From Eledone cirrhosa (Eukaryota): 64,000 bases of DNA. The position numbers were made by a program, and so were the translations under genes. Of this stretch, positions 40,601 through 52,778 are shown in pieces (position 1 is the stretch's first letter; the number at the start of each line of letters is the position of its first letter). The DNA is taken from the NCBI GenBank assembly GCA_964016885.1, contig OZ024750.1:558001-622000 (forward strand), read 5' to 3'. The notes beneath the pieces were generated by a model. The model worked only from the letters and a program-made list of their open reading frames with translations, did not search any database and was not told the origin of the DNA.

Positions 40601-41432
40601 TGTTATCTCTAGCAGGTTGAGTGACCACATAACCACATAGTGTCTCCTTTGTTGGCTCATGCTCTATTTTGTGAATCCTTTGATACATTTGTGTTAGCAA
40701 AACCCACTATCCACTCTTACCTTGATATTTTTATATTTTCTTTATCAAAACCATTTTATTACAGTTCCTTTAAACATGGCTATTTTTGTATTCATGTCAT
40801 TGTAATTTCTTTTCCAATGTCACTGTGTTACATTCTTTCTTAACAATACCTGTTTTCTTCTTGTATTAAACTTTTTATTTCACAACTGTTCATCTGCAGA
40901 TATGATGGCTCTCAATGTTCTAATACTTGCTTTTATAACAAATTTACTTACAATGAAAGACATTTTTTTCTCCATAAAAGGTATAGTGCAAAAACCCCTC
41001 TAAAGCCAGCTTTTATGTCTGCCATATTTGTTTAAAAGGAAACAAAAATGTTTTATTGATTTTGTTTTCTTTATCTTTGAGGCTGCTTGAGTGCAATTTT
41101 CTTGAGTTGTTATATTTTTCATTGAAATATGGCTTTTGTTACATAACTAATTACTCTAGTCTCCTTACTGACAACCTGCTTCCTGCGTATTTTTAATCCA
41201 CTGTATTTATTAGACAGTAATCCTTTGGCTGTAAACAATTCAACATTTTTGCAACATATTTCTTTTGTTTAGCAACATAAAATCTCACTTTCAACTTCTA
41301 CATCATTTAGTTAAAGATTTACTATACGTATTATTATTTCTACTACACACATACATTTGTGTGTCTTATGTGTTTATGAATGTGATTAATACTCTCTCTC
41401 TCTCTTTCTTTCTCTCTCTCTCTCTCACTCTC

Positions 41433-41463
<31 letters not shown>

Positions 41464-44400
41464 GTTTTGAATATGTGGGCGGTGTACATGGTGTGTGAGT
41501 AGTCTATATTGTTTGTGTATAGGTGTGTGTGTGCACTCAGTATTGATTGTATGTGTGTATTTTTGCAATGTATGTTGTACATGTATATGTGTATATATGT
41601 CTGCACTGTAATGTGTGTTGTGCATATGGTGTATATGTGTGTGTATATTGCATGTTACATTCTTTATGTATGTATAATGTGATCAATTTGTAAATCATGT
41701 ATTTCATTGTACTCAATGTACGTATGTATATGAGTTTATTGACTCTCTGTGTGTGTGTGCTGTATATTAACTGTATGTGTTTGTGTTCAATGTATATTGT
41801 ATGTGTGTAGAATTTGGTCAATCTGGAAATGTTTCAGTAATATGTGTGTAGTTGTGTTTAGGTCTAATTAATTTCCCAATATTTCCTGTTGTTTTCTAAT
41901 GTAAATATTGATAGCATCATTAAGAAGATGGTGTTATAATACTGTATATAATTTATAGCATCATTAAGATGTTACAGTTTATAATGTTTTGTGACTTAAA
42001 AATCACATGGTATAGTCTACAGAAAAGATTTTTCATGAGAAAAGGTAAAAAAAAATGTTTCCAAAAGATTAGGTATTGTAATATTTGTTTAACAAAAAGA
42101 AATGTCCTTGACAATGTTTCTTCATCATCATCATCATCATCATCATAGATCCATTTTCTATTCTGGTATGGGTTGGCTAGGTCATCTCAATCTGAGACTT
42201 GACCAGTCAGAAAACCGATTCTTATATATTCCACTTTTGGTTGTTTTGGGAGAAATTGTCAGTGTATTTCCTTTTGTAATCCTTTGGCATCAGCAATAAA
42301 CACAGTATCAACTACGTAACCTGTTCATTGATAATCTGAAATTGTATAATCATTCACTCCCTAACCTGCTCACCTAAAATCTATTTTAGGGGTCTGTTAA
42401 CTGATTGGTTGAAAAGTGTGTACTCTTAGAAAATGTTAACACTGAATTTGTGCAAGAAGGGAGCTACATAACAGCTCTAAATAAATCATTGTTTTAAGGT
42501 GTAGTTTAGTGTTTGAGGTTTGTGTGATAGCATTAAGAGTCTGAGGAAGAAAGAGCAGCAACTATGACTTTTGAAGGCCTTTTTCACATCAATAAAATAC
42601 ATAGAGTTTCAACTTCTTAAGGAAACTAATCTTACAAGACTGTTTTTCTGGGCTTTTCCTGGCTGACAACAAAGTCTATGTGGTTGCCCCTACAATATGC
42701 CTTCTTAAGGACCACCCTATTTACTACTGAATGTGATGTTTATAAAATCAATTTTATTTTAGTTTTAGAAGCAATTTTATTTTATTTACATAAGAAATAA
42801 AATTACCTGAAGCTAAATATACAACAGCATAATAAATATATTAGAGTAAAATAATTTGTTTTATATAAAATTGTGGTGGAAGATATTTAGATAAATAACG
42901 CTTTGAAATAAACAGCTTTGATCGTATTACATAAAATTGTGTTTATTTTTAGATAAACACAAACACTTCATAATATACAGTTTTGTATCATAGAGTTTGG
43001 TTTGGTATCAAGAGGGTTATTTTTCACATGACAGTATTAATAATTATAGAGAAATATTATTTTCTATACCATATATATTGTGTGTGTGCATATATCATCA
43101 TTGAATGATGATATATGCACGCACACAAAAATTGGAACTACTGATCTTTCAGATGGACTGGGGTTGCATCACCCTTACATTACTGCACTTTACAGGGGGT
43201 GCATTTTATGATGGCACCAGCCCTGGGGAGGTTGTCATTATTTCATTACTATGGTAATATATGTAATATCATTTAACAAATGGTTCTTATGTCAAATTAT
43301 GTTTGAAGGTTTAATATAAATAGGAACTCTTTAAAATAAGTTTTGTTTCATAGAACCAGAGCCTGTTTTGGGTGGGTTAGTATCAAAACAGTTAAAACAT
43401 CCTAGATATTTAAATGTGTATGAACCGCTTATTTTGATGATAAATATGAATATAGAAAACAACTGTTAGTGACTGACACAGTACCTCTTCACTTGTGACC
43501 AGACTTGTAGATCCTGCATTGGCAGGTTTAATCATTATAGTTATCATTACTTTGGCGTTTCCATACTGGTGCATGGATCAAACAGGATTTTCCAGGGCAG
43601 TGTTTTATGGCCATGTGCTTTTCTTGCAAATCCTTTTACTGGCATCTTACAACATACAGGGATCCGTTGTACTTATTCTAAAAACCGAGATACATGGCAG
43701 ACTAAGATACATGCCAACTGCTTTACTGAGTGTACTGGGTGTATGTTATCATGGCAGCAACACTAGAGAGGTTGTCATTTCCTGGATAAGCATAAAGTGT
43801 CCTCTCTACTCTCCAGTGTCTCTGTCAATCATCTACTACTTTACAGGGTGAGGTGTTTGTTATAGCACCAATACTAGAAAAGTTACTCTGTCCCTTTTCA
43901 TCATCAGCATCATCATTTTAACGTTCACTTTCCCTGCTAGCAAGGGTTGGGCAGGTCTACATAGACCAAGTAAGTACTGAAGCTGTAGCTACTGATCTCC
44001 CAGACAAGCCAGAGATCTGTTGTCTTACTTATGTACAATCTCATGTTTTACCTTGTGCACAGGGGAGGTTATCATGTCTTTGATACAACTGAGGGTCTCC
44101 CCCTCCCCAAACCGTTTATTTGGCAAGCTTTCTACAGCTGGATGCCCTTCCTATAACCAACCACTTTACAGTGTGTACTGAGTTGCTATTTCTAATAGAA
44201 GCTATGACCACATAGAGGCTTGTTTTACAGGAGTTCTTTTGATATGTAATAAATATGAAGGTTGTGAATTCATTCACCAGGGGTCGTCTTGGTTGAGGAA
44301 TGATATAAAGGTTACATAAACATTTAACATCTATATGCTGCCTAATAAATAAGTACAGGCCATGCTTTATTGTCGAAATAATGTAATGTGTTGCTATAAT

Positions 44401-47400
44401 ATTCTTAACTTATGCAGCTGCAATATATATATATATAATTATATCTGTATAAATACAAATCGAGATTGCACTAATGTGTATGTAAATATACACATATCTA
44501 ATGTGTAGGCATACACACACACACACACACACACACATATAAAATATGTATGTATATGTGTGTGTATATTTATATATATATATATATATTTGAAATGCTT
44601 CATAATAATAGTTGATAATTTTATATTTATTTGTAGAACTTCAAAAATCACATGCGTGGTACCAAACATCGTTCCCGAATGGATGATCTTGCTAATTTGC
44701 ATCAACAGAAGTCCTCACAATTGTTTGTCCGGTTGAAAGCTGAAGAACATTTGCGAAATATTGAAAAAAGAGGTGGTGATCTGTATGTATATTTAAGTTT
44801 ATTTTCTATGAGAAATATTCATAAGATTTTTCTTGTGTTTTAAATACAGTTAAATGGTTTTATTACAATCAGTAGGATTCTAATAACTAGTAACTGGCTA
44901 CATGATTAAGAAGTTCACTTTACAACCATATTCCACCATTTCACTGGTGTCTTTCTATACTACTATAGCACCGGGCTAATCATGCCTTGTATTTGGTAGA
45001 TGGAATCAGTAAAGAAGCCTCTCATATATATAGAGAGAGGGTTATGAACCCGACCACAAAACCAAGCAGTTGCAGATTGTGGTCTCTCTACATGACTTTA
45101 TGTCGACATTTAAAGCACCTGGTATCATTTTTTTTGTTTCCTGTAAATATCACAAAAGGTATGGTCATAGAAAAACTGCCTCAAAAAGTCTTGTCGAAGC
45201 TAAGCTAGCATGAAAATGAGGCCATAAAAATAAGTATTTGAAATATTGACATTTGTTTCAAATGATTAAGAAATTCTGAACAAATGCTTTAGGATTTTCT
45301 ATCCCTCGTGACAATTAGGAGGAGTAGTTATTAATATTTTATCACAAACATTTGATAAGTTGAATTAATTTGTCTTTTTAAATCTAGCCATTTTATGACC
45401 ATATCTAATGAAATACAGTGTTTCTATTTATGAATTTAAAAAAATTGTTTGGTTTTGGTGTGTAATAAAACCAGAGACAGTTTCAAGCAGAGTGGTATTA
45501 AAATGATTAGAAATGATTTGGTTGATATAATTTATCATTTTATGTAATCCAGTATTTCTTTGGTTCAATTCTAGATAGCTAATGAATTTGTGACTTCATT
45601 TTGCATGTCTATTTATTAATAAACAGAAAACTGTATATATAAATAACAATATCATTCTCTCAAGTGGATTGACTTTGATTATAAATTGATATTAATAGTG
45701 TTTACCTATTTTTTTTCTAATTTAGTTTAAAGAAACATTATTGCAGTGTTTGTGACCTCAATCTTAATATTCCTTACAATAAGCACAGACAGACCAAAGA
45801 ACATCAGGTACAGTTTCCTGTTTTTAAATATTTTATCCCTTTCATTAATCAGATATTTGGAGGAACTAAATAGCAGGGAAAACGAATATTAAATAACGAT
45901 AATGACAAACTCACTCTTTCATTAGTTAGCTGATATTTAAAAACATTACTTAACAAAAATTTTAAAAATAAAATCATAATGGAAGGATTTAATATAAGTA
46001 TAAACATTTTAAAATGTGCAGTTTTATATCCTTTCAGGTGGTTTGTTATCAAAGAGATTGTTGAATTTATTAGTAAATACAACTGAACTCGTGACAAAAA
46101 TAACATTAAATATATTTAATTTGTGGAGTCCAGGATTGGTATGTGATATATATGAACAATCATACAAACTGGGAAGTTTGCATTTTTGTAAATTAATGGT
46201 TAACTAAGAAAAACCGTATAGTTTATGTTGCTTACTGATACATGGAAGTAATTAAGATGATACTTTAATAATTTATTTCTATAATATATATATATATATA
46301 AATGTTCAGCATATGTGTAGAGATGACTAAGTTCAGTCTATGAACTTTTCAGCTGTAGTTCCATAAAACTATTTTGGTATATAAAGAAATAGATGCTTTA
46401 AAAATTTACATGATCTCTTGTAAGCTCATAAATGAATGAAGATCCTAATAAAGGTTGGTTAAGTTCTGCTTTATCTTGAAATCTTGTCATATTTATCTTT
46501 TCAGCAACGTGTCCTTGAAGTGTATGGCAACAACAAAGTCAGTTCTGGACTTCAGGTTAGTATTGGCTGTTGATTTTCATAACTAGTGCTGCAGTCACTA
46601 TAAAATACACCCAGCATACCCTGTAAAGTGGTAGGGTTGCTGTCATGATAAAATGCACCCAGTACACTCTGAGCACAACCAATTTCTTCTAGAGAAGAAA
46701 AGCGAATGATAGAGAGAAAGAATCAACCCTAGTACTGGACTGGTTCTTTTTTATCAACCTCAAATGGGTGAAAGGCAAAGTTGAGCTTCGCAGGATTTGA
46801 ACTCAGAACGCAGCGAGCTAAAATAAATGCTGCAAGACTTCAATTCAATGTGAATATAAACAAAAGTTAAAAGAAGAAAAAGGATGCTAATAAGTTGAAT
46901 GGTGCATATTAGCTTATCTACAGATAAAAGGATTCATTATAAAGCTGAATTAGCTTAAACATAAAAAAAATGTCTAAAGTCAGTTTTGAGCCCTGAGGTT
47001 CATCTGGTCGGTGCTTATACCAGTTTCCGTGGAAATAAGTACAAAACTTCCCCTGGACAGTACGCCAGTCCATCGCAGGGTTAAACCCCAGCTATTGCTG
47101 GAACTCGTTTTGAGCTGAGTATACTGGAGCAACATGAAATGAAGTGTTTTGCTCAAGAACACAACCCAGCCCAGGAATAGAACCTACGACATTATGATTG
47201 TAAGTCCAACACCCTTACCACTAACCATAAAGTTGTTGTCTAAATAAATAGTCCCTAATCTTAGACTAACATTTAACATGTTGATGATTTTGAAGCTGTC
47301 TTATATTTGATGTTTGTGTTTTATAGAGAAAGGGTCACAAGGTGGAAGAATATACTGAGGTACCGGAATATGAAGAAAACAAAGCATATGGTAAATGTTC

Positions 47401-49613
47401 TTTATATTCAGTGTAATGTAATTGTGAGAGAAAGGCAGAGCTTAGATGAGCTGAGGTAGACATTAGGTTTAAGAGGAATCCGGGGTGTTGTACAGGAGAG
47501 AAGACTACGTTGATATAGACTTGTGATGTGCATGGACGATGATCGCTGGGTGAAGAAATGACAGGAAATCCCAGTGGAAGCTGCAGTAGAGGTAGACCGA
47601 GAAAGATCTGGGCAGAGGTTGCGTGAGTCGTGTTGAGAAGCATGGAAAAACAGACATTAAAGCAATGATGATGATGATTTCAAGCATAATGTTTAGAGAT
47701 TGAATTACTGTATATTCTCATATATAAGCCGATGAATGGGGGGGGGGGGGGGGTTAAATATACAGAAAAGACAAATATCTTTGTTGTAGAGACACTTGTG
47801 TATATATCATTTCATTCTAGAAAGTTATGATATTAAGTAGTTAGAAGAGTATATTTGTCAAAACAAGAACCTAACTTGACCATACTCGAAACGACTAGGC
47901 TAAACACTTGATTTCATAGTTTATTAATATTTCTTTCTATTTATAGGTCAAAATTATATTATTGCTGTTTCCGGCTATTTTTGCAAGTTATGTCATAAAT
48001 TCTATAACAATGAGAATGCTGCTAAAAACACTCATTGCCAATCAAAGAGTCACTTTGAAAAATTTGAGGTAAATTATTTGTTGTTGCTGTTAAAACATTG
48101 TTTCCCTGTCTTAATAGATTTAATTTACAAACTAGAAACATACATTCATTTTGGCCAATATTATTTTATTTATTTTAATAAATAGTAACGTATTCTTGAA
48201 TAATAATAAAACCAGCTATAGGTAGTTCAATTTGACAACCTTGGAGTGGATGGGCAAGTGCACCACCAACTAGCAAGTTGTGTAGTTATTGTGTTAGAGC
48301 TTATCTCATTTGGGGGTTGGTGATGTTGGGTTAACCCTCAGCTGCTATTGGTACTGGTGTTCAACTGAGTTAACTAGAGCGATGTGAAATGAAGCTTTTT
48401 GCTTAAGTACACGATGTGCTGTCCAGATTCTGAATCTAACCTATGATAATACGATTGTGAGCTAACATCCTCACCACTAAAATCAAGTTGTCTTTTTTCA
48501 AAACATAGTTATTTAAAATATTGGAAACAATATATTGGTAATAATAATTATTATTTAAACACAAGGATAGCAATTTGTGGAGATGAGAGAATTGGTTGTA
48601 TTGACCCCAGTACTTGACTGGTACTATATTTTATCGACCTCGGAGGGATGAAAGGCAAAGTTGACCGTAGCGGGATTTGAACTTTAAACATAGAGAGCCA
48701 GAATACTGTAAAGCATTTTTTGTCCAGTGCTCTAACAACTCTGTCAGTCCGACAACCTTATAATAATAGTAAATATGACTTCTTAACTCTGTGATAACTT
48801 ATTCAAAAGGTCCTTTCTCAGCTTGTGTGTCAAAATGGCCTGTGTAAATATTGTATCCTATGTGTGATATTGTTAATAGTTTTACAACAAATATATATGG
48901 CACATATTTAAAATGTTAAAAACCTGGTATTATTTAAGATAATGGTCGACATAATAATGAGTTTTCTTTTAAAAGAGATATCTCTATTTGTGGAATACTC
49001 AAGCAATTTATTTTTCTTCTGTTTTTTTTAGAAAATCATTCGAGAAAAGATTGAAGCTAAGAAAAAAGCTGAAGCTTCTGAGACTGATATGGAGAAAGAT
49101 GAAGAAAATCCAAGCAATGAGAATGGAGAAGAGAGAGAAAACGATGATAAACATATAGAAGATGATGAGGAAGAGGATGATACTTGTAAAGAAGCAGAGG
49201 AAGATGAAATGAAAGCCGAACTGAAATCAGATGAAGAAAATCAAGAACTTGAAGAAGAATTAGAAAAGACTTTAATAGAAGGGAATAATGATGAAGAAGA
49301 GGATACTGTTGTAGAGGATGATAATAATACTGAAGACTTGGAAGAAGAGATAGAGGAGGAAGTGTGTGAAGAGGTTGAGCATGAGGAGAGTGAAGATGTA
49401 GAGAAATGTAGACGAGAAGAAGAAACTGCTGTGGTTGATGAACAGATTGAGAGGATAGAGGATGGTGATGAACGACCATCAATTGAAGAGGAGATAGAAA
49501 GGAAGAACGAGTCATTTCCCAGTGGAGAAGAAGAGGATGTTCCAGTTGTCAATACAAAGACAAGAAGCCGAAGTAGAAACCGGGGACGTGGTCGTGGCAA
49601 GGGAAGGAAGTAA
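21270..49613 (+). CDS. Spliced gene: matrin/U1-type zinc-finger nuclear RNA-binding protein (Pep / matrin-3 / CIZ1-like), about 728 aa
   Basis: Eleven GT-AG exons join in one frame: 21270-22010, 28824-28971, 30182-30255, 33906-33989, 40090-40182, 44637-44782, 45726-45807, 46505-46555, 47327-47390, 47947-48068, 49032-49613 (2187 nt). Fingers are CHAC..HMRGTKH, CSVC..HRQTKEH and YFCKLCHKFYNNENAAKNTHCQSKSH; the last closely resembles the matrin-3 C-terminal finger. The G/M-rich N-terminus, acidic C-terminus and RGRGRG end match the Drosophila Pep layout. Orthology not tested. Confidence 0.88.
23413..23716. repeat. 48-bp tandem repeat, about 6 copies, SINE-derived
   Basis: Unit AGTACACTCTGTA(A/G)AGTGGTAGTGTTTGTGCTACTATAAAATACACCC at 23413, 23461, 23509 and onward. 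Confidence 0.92.
27407..27603. mobile_element. TTAA-flanked MITE (piggyBac-like ends)
   Basis: TTAA|CCCTTTAG ... TTAAAGGG|TTAA. Confidence 0.7.
28824..28971 (+). CDS. Zn-finger gene coding exon 2 (Arg-rich)
   Basis: tttcag|CGC ... TCAG|gtaaag; encodes RSSRGKDRIIRPNDRRRPQG..RQRDTS; phase 0 to 1. Confidence 0.85.
30182..30255 (+). CDS. Zn-finger gene coding exon 3 (acidic, YDPAEPTDDE)
   Basis: tttacag|CT ... GAG|gtatgt; phase 1 to 0, matching both neighbours. Confidence 0.88.
31587..31926 (+). mobile_element. Composite SINE: tRNA-like head, CORE-like body, RTE-derived tail
   Basis: A box tggcttagtgg, B-box-like agttcaattct, body ttgagcaagacactttatttc, and a 3' end nearly identical to the RTE tail at 10723-10775. 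Confidence 0.88.
33672..33706 (-). ncRNA. Minimal hammerhead-ribozyme-like motif (Penelope-type)
   Basis: - strand reads CTGATGA A GGA CTAGCA TCC GAAACGTTA, with a palindromic stem III (AACGTT) and a weak stem I. Confidence 0.5.
33906..33989 (+). CDS. Zn-finger gene coding exon 4 (84 nt, symmetric)
   Basis: ttttaacag|ATA ... AAG|gtaaat; encodes IQSTEHSNGGLTVTVDGSKRSVTEETAK. Confidence 0.8.
35200..36200 (+). mobile_element. Old, heavily decayed L2/CR1/Jockey-group LINE remnant
   Basis: C-rich composition and a C-terminal-like peptide FPRMSVLWKSLP..F; many stops; boundaries approximate. Confidence 0.5.
38113..38423. mobile_element. hAT (Charlie-like) MITE, 311 bp
   Basis: TIRs CAGTGCTACTCAAA / TTTGAGAAGCACTG with a perfect 8-bp target duplication CTTTAGAT (38105-38112, 38424-38431). 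Confidence 0.93.
39431..39752 (-). mobile_element. Second copy of the composite SINE, inverted
   Basis: Its reverse complement differs from 31591-31910 at about 8 positions by eye. Confidence 0.9.
40090..40182 (+). CDS. Zn-finger gene coding exon 5 (start of finger 1)
   Basis: ttttccag|GAC ... AAG|gtagct; encodes DSGSDGEKADSSDKKSQYFCHACIVECYNNK. Confidence 0.88.
44637..44782 (+). CDS. Zn-finger gene coding exon 6
   Basis: ttgtag|AAC ... CT|gtatgt; NFKNHMRGTKH completes finger 1. Confidence 0.88.
45726..45807 (+). CDS. Zn-finger gene coding exon 7 (finger 2)
   Basis: ttttag|T ... CAG|gtacag; encodes LKKHYCSVCDLNLNIPYNKHRQTKEHQ; phase 2 to 0. Confidence 0.87.
46505..46555 (+). CDS. Zn-finger gene coding exon 8 (51 nt)
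   Basis: cttttcag|CAA ... CAG|gttagt; encodes QRVLEVYGNNKVSSGLQ; symmetric, so the frame alone does not require it. Confidence 0.7.
47327..47390 (+). CDS. Zn-finger gene coding exon 9
   Basis: ttatag|AGA ... TATG|gtaaat; encodes RKGHKVEEYTEVPEYEENKAY. Confidence 0.82.
47430..47678 (+). mobile_element. Degenerate RTE LINE 3' fragment
   Basis: Similar to 10460-10640 (gtagaggtagacc), with tail gcatggaaaaacagacattaaagcaatgatgatg. Confidence 0.8.
47947..48068 (+). CDS. Zn-finger gene coding exon 10 (matrin-type finger)
   Basis: ttatag|GT ... GAG|gtaaat; encodes GQNYIIAVSGYFCKLCHKFYNNENAAKNTHCQSKSHFEKFE. Confidence 0.92.
48550..48760 (-). mobile_element. tRNA-derived SINE (family core ttttatcgacc..ggatgaaaggcaaagttgac..gatttgaac)
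   Basis: The core recurs at about 1560-1700, 18100-18280, 22470-22630, 24830-24920, 31150-31320, 34860-34990, 46700-46840 and 61180-61375; B-box-like gttcaaatcc on the - strand. Confidence 0.8.
49032..49613 (+). CDS. Zn-finger gene last coding exon (acidic tail, RSRSRNRGRGRGKGRK-stop)
   Basis: tttttttag|AAA, in frame with the ORF 49089-49613. Confidence 0.9.
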   Translation, partial: KIIREKIEAKKKAEASETDMEKDEENPSNENGEERENDDKHIEDDEEEDDTCKEAEEDEMKAELKSDEENQELEEELEKTLIEGNNDEEEDTVVEDDNNTEDLEEEIEEEVCEEVEHEESEDVEKCRREEETAVVDEQIERIEDGDERPSIEEEIERKNESFPSGEEEDVPVVNTKTRSRSRNRGRGRGKGRK

Positions 49614-49708
49614 TTTACTATTGATGCCACTGTCATATCTCCTTTCAATATTCAAGTCATAACCATTCATTACACATGCTCATTTCACACATATATATAT
49701 ATATATTA

Positions 49709-49749
<41 letters not shown>

Positions 49750-50404
49750 TTCCTATACTTCTGTTTAATATTTTCTTAGGACTGACACTCAAATGTTGCA
49801 TTATGTTCTGTAAGATTGTAGATAGATAATAATATAAATATCGTTTAATCTTCTATTTAAAATTTATTTTTCTTTTCTTTTAATATTTTATTCGGATCTA
49901 ATAGTCATATTTTAGCCTATAGTCATACTAGGGTGTTGGTCTTGAATAGCAGAAGTTTCAATCCTAAAGTGAGCAAACGTCTTTCGTGGACCAGTATAAT
50001 ACCAGCTTTTTTTTACTATTATTTTAAGATTCTAAAAGAATTGAACCCAACATGAGGTCTCTCTTTAATTTATGTACCTTACCCCCACCCCACCTTTTTC
50101 AGATAGAAACACAAATATGAAGCTTTACTTTCTGGATATTTTCTTAAAATTCAGCTGACAGAAACATATCAAATGGGAATCACTGCTATTGTAAGAAACA
50201 GACAACAACAACTACTACTATGAATAATAATAATAATTAATATCAATAACTATTTGAGCAAATTATTTCATTGGTAAAAGGAGAGGTGCCTGGAGAAATG
50301 TTATTTATGTAGTCGTTTCCATTCTAGCTGAGAAAATATAGGGATTTAGGGACCACACAATTAGTTTATTGTTGCTACTTTCTGAATTCTTGTTTCCTCA
50401 AATT

Positions 50405-50532
50405 CAGTGGCTCCCAGCCTTTTCACTATCAAGGACCCTGTTCATTTAAATGAATTTTTTCCCATCAAGGACCATTAGGCTATTGAAAGGGTCGTTTACT
50501 CAACAAAGACTCTCCCAGTTTGGGGACTGCTG
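50405..50532. mobile_element. Old hAT-like MITE inside the putative 3' UTR
   Basis: CAGTGGCTCCCAG..TTGGGGACTGCTG; flanks CTCAAATT / CTCTAATC match at 6 of 8. Confidence 0.6.
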
Positions 50533-51082
50533 CTCTAATCATTGGAATTTAAAACATTAACTACCAAATACTGACATTATAACTTGATTATGATGCTATT
50601 TAAAATTTGAACTATACTTTTTCTGTCAGTGGTTCAAAATTATTTCCTTGAAAATCTCTATTTTTAAATCTGTGATTCTCTTGACTTTGTGGGAAATTAT
50701 AAAAAAAAAAGGCAAAAAAAAAGAAGGAAAAGGAAATGCAATTAGCCAAAGTTATTAGTGTTTGTAATTCTTTTATTGTTTTTTTTTTTGTTTTTTTTTA
50801 AATTGAAGTAAGATTAGGCAGTTTAATATTGCTATGCAAACTTTCAATTTAAAAGTAAATTTAAAGTTTAAAACATTACCTTAGTATTGTTTGTTTTTTT
50901 AACTTATAGTAATTTTTTTAATTGATGATCTGTGTGGCTTAAAGCCAAACATTTGAAATTTTATCATAAGTTGCATAATTACCTTGTTTTAATGTAGCAC
51001 AAGGTAATTAGAACTCTCATCATTGCAGGTGGGTGAATTATAGAAGAATGTTCACCTTTTCATTGTCTAATATAAATATGTG

Positions 51083-51394
51083 TAGTAAACCCTCAGTTTA
51101 ATGGATCCTGATTTAACAGATTTCAAATTTACTGGACCAAATAATAATAATAATATAAAATTGTACCACTATAATCACAGCAACTACTCCTCAACTATAA
51201 TTTCAAAAGTGAAATTGAAAATTATGTATTATAATTGAATAATTTTGAATTGTGTACTCATGTACATTGTATTGAAGCTTTTTCTTCTAACTTTAAAATG
51301 AATAAAAATTACCCTTAGGTGGCTTTCAAATTAATGGACCTTTGGTTTTAAAGGCACATCTTCCCCATTAGTCTGTTAAGTTGAGGGTTTACTC
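51083..51394. mobile_element. Pogo/Tc1-like MITE inside the putative 3' UTR
   Basis: Inverted ends agtaaaccctcagtttaatgga / tctgttaagttgagggtttact. Confidence 0.65.
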
Positions 51395-52533
51395 TACTGT
51401 TAATTAGAAACTAGTCAAAATTTCAAGCTTTGTCATTTGTCTTCATAGTATTTTATATTCAACTATAAATCACATTAATTTTTATGAAATTCCTCTATCG
51501 GTCGTTAAGTTTTATTTAGATATGTTTCTCTGTAAATTATTTATCATGTCCATATGGGTATATTTTTTAGCATTATTTAAATGCCACATAGTTAATTTAC
51601 ATTTTTATTATCATAGCTGTCTATATTAGCATATTTTATCAGTATTTATGTATTTATTTATTTATTTTGGACAAGAGGTGGGTATATGCAGAGATTAACA
51701 TCTGCTCCAACATTGCTTTTGTTGAAAACATTTTTTCACTATGACAACTTATATCTGTGATGCCATAACTTCATCATTATCATTTGAAGCAAAAAGACAA
51801 TATAACCATTTGAAATGATACAGCTGTTGTCTAAGAAAACTTCAGATATTCTCATTTCTGATTGCTTTATTTTATTTATCAATTACTATTATTATTATTA
51901 TTTTATTTTTTGTGGATGCCTGAGTTTATTTTTTAAAATTTCCTGCCATATTGGGCATTTTCAGAGTGGCCTAAATATTGGCTTATTGTATGATCTGTGG
52001 TACTGCATAATAAATAAAAGGCTTCAAACCTTGATTGATTACAAACAGGTATATTCATTGGGCAATAGAAAATAAATTTAAAACAAAAATAGATTTAAAG
52101 AAAGAAATATATAATAAAACTTTCATTGTATTTTTTTAAAATCGTCATAAAAAAAGCATTTTCTTTCAATTCTTCACTGTTTTTTCCTCTTAATATCCTT
52201 CTTCCAAAACCCGGTGCTCTTTCAGAGTTCTTGTTCTTTGTGCTTCTTGCTTAATGCAATACCCTTTCTCTATTGCTTAAAACAGGTATCAACATACTGC
52301 CATCTCTGTAAGTCTGTTAGCAGTAAAGAAAAAAAAACTGTTTTCACCTGTTTGTCTTATTAAGCTGGGGAAGAAAAAAAATTTTTAAATGACTGTTTTC
52401 ATTGGAAAGTTGGCTTTCACTATATTCTAAAATATTTAGTTAGACATAGCAGTGCTTTTGCACCGAAAACTGAAAATAATTCTAAATAAAAATTCCTCGA
52501 TTTACATCATGATGCTTTCTTGTTATTAAAGTA

Positions 52534-52778
52534 GTGTTATATTTAGGGTTTAGTTGTACTAAACACTGAATAATCCAGGCCTTCTATAGTGTTATATTTA
52601 GGGTTTAGTTGTACTAAACCCTAAATAATCCAGGCCTTCTGGTTTAGTCGTATTAAACCCTAAATAATCCAGGCCTTCTGGTTTAGTCACACTAAACTCT
52701 AAATAATTCAGGCCTTCTATAGTATTATATTTTGGTTTAGTCACACTAAACCCTAAATAATTCAGCCCTTCTATGGTG
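52534..52778. repeat. Short tandem array of hairpin units (ggtttagt-nnn-actaaaccctaaataatccaggccttct), 5 copies
   Basis: Direct reading; unit length varies from about 39 to 57 bp. Confidence 0.85.

Larger units (their letters stand above)
49614..52135 (+). other. Probable long 3' UTR of the Zn-finger gene with a cluster of AATAAA signals
   Basis: U-rich and free of SINEs/LINEs; AATAAA near 51301, 52010, 52071 and 52113. The end point is inferred. Confidence 0.45.

Noticed and set aside
49057-49648. Ser/Leu-rich - strand ORFs
   Set aside because: Antisense shadows of the acidic last exon.
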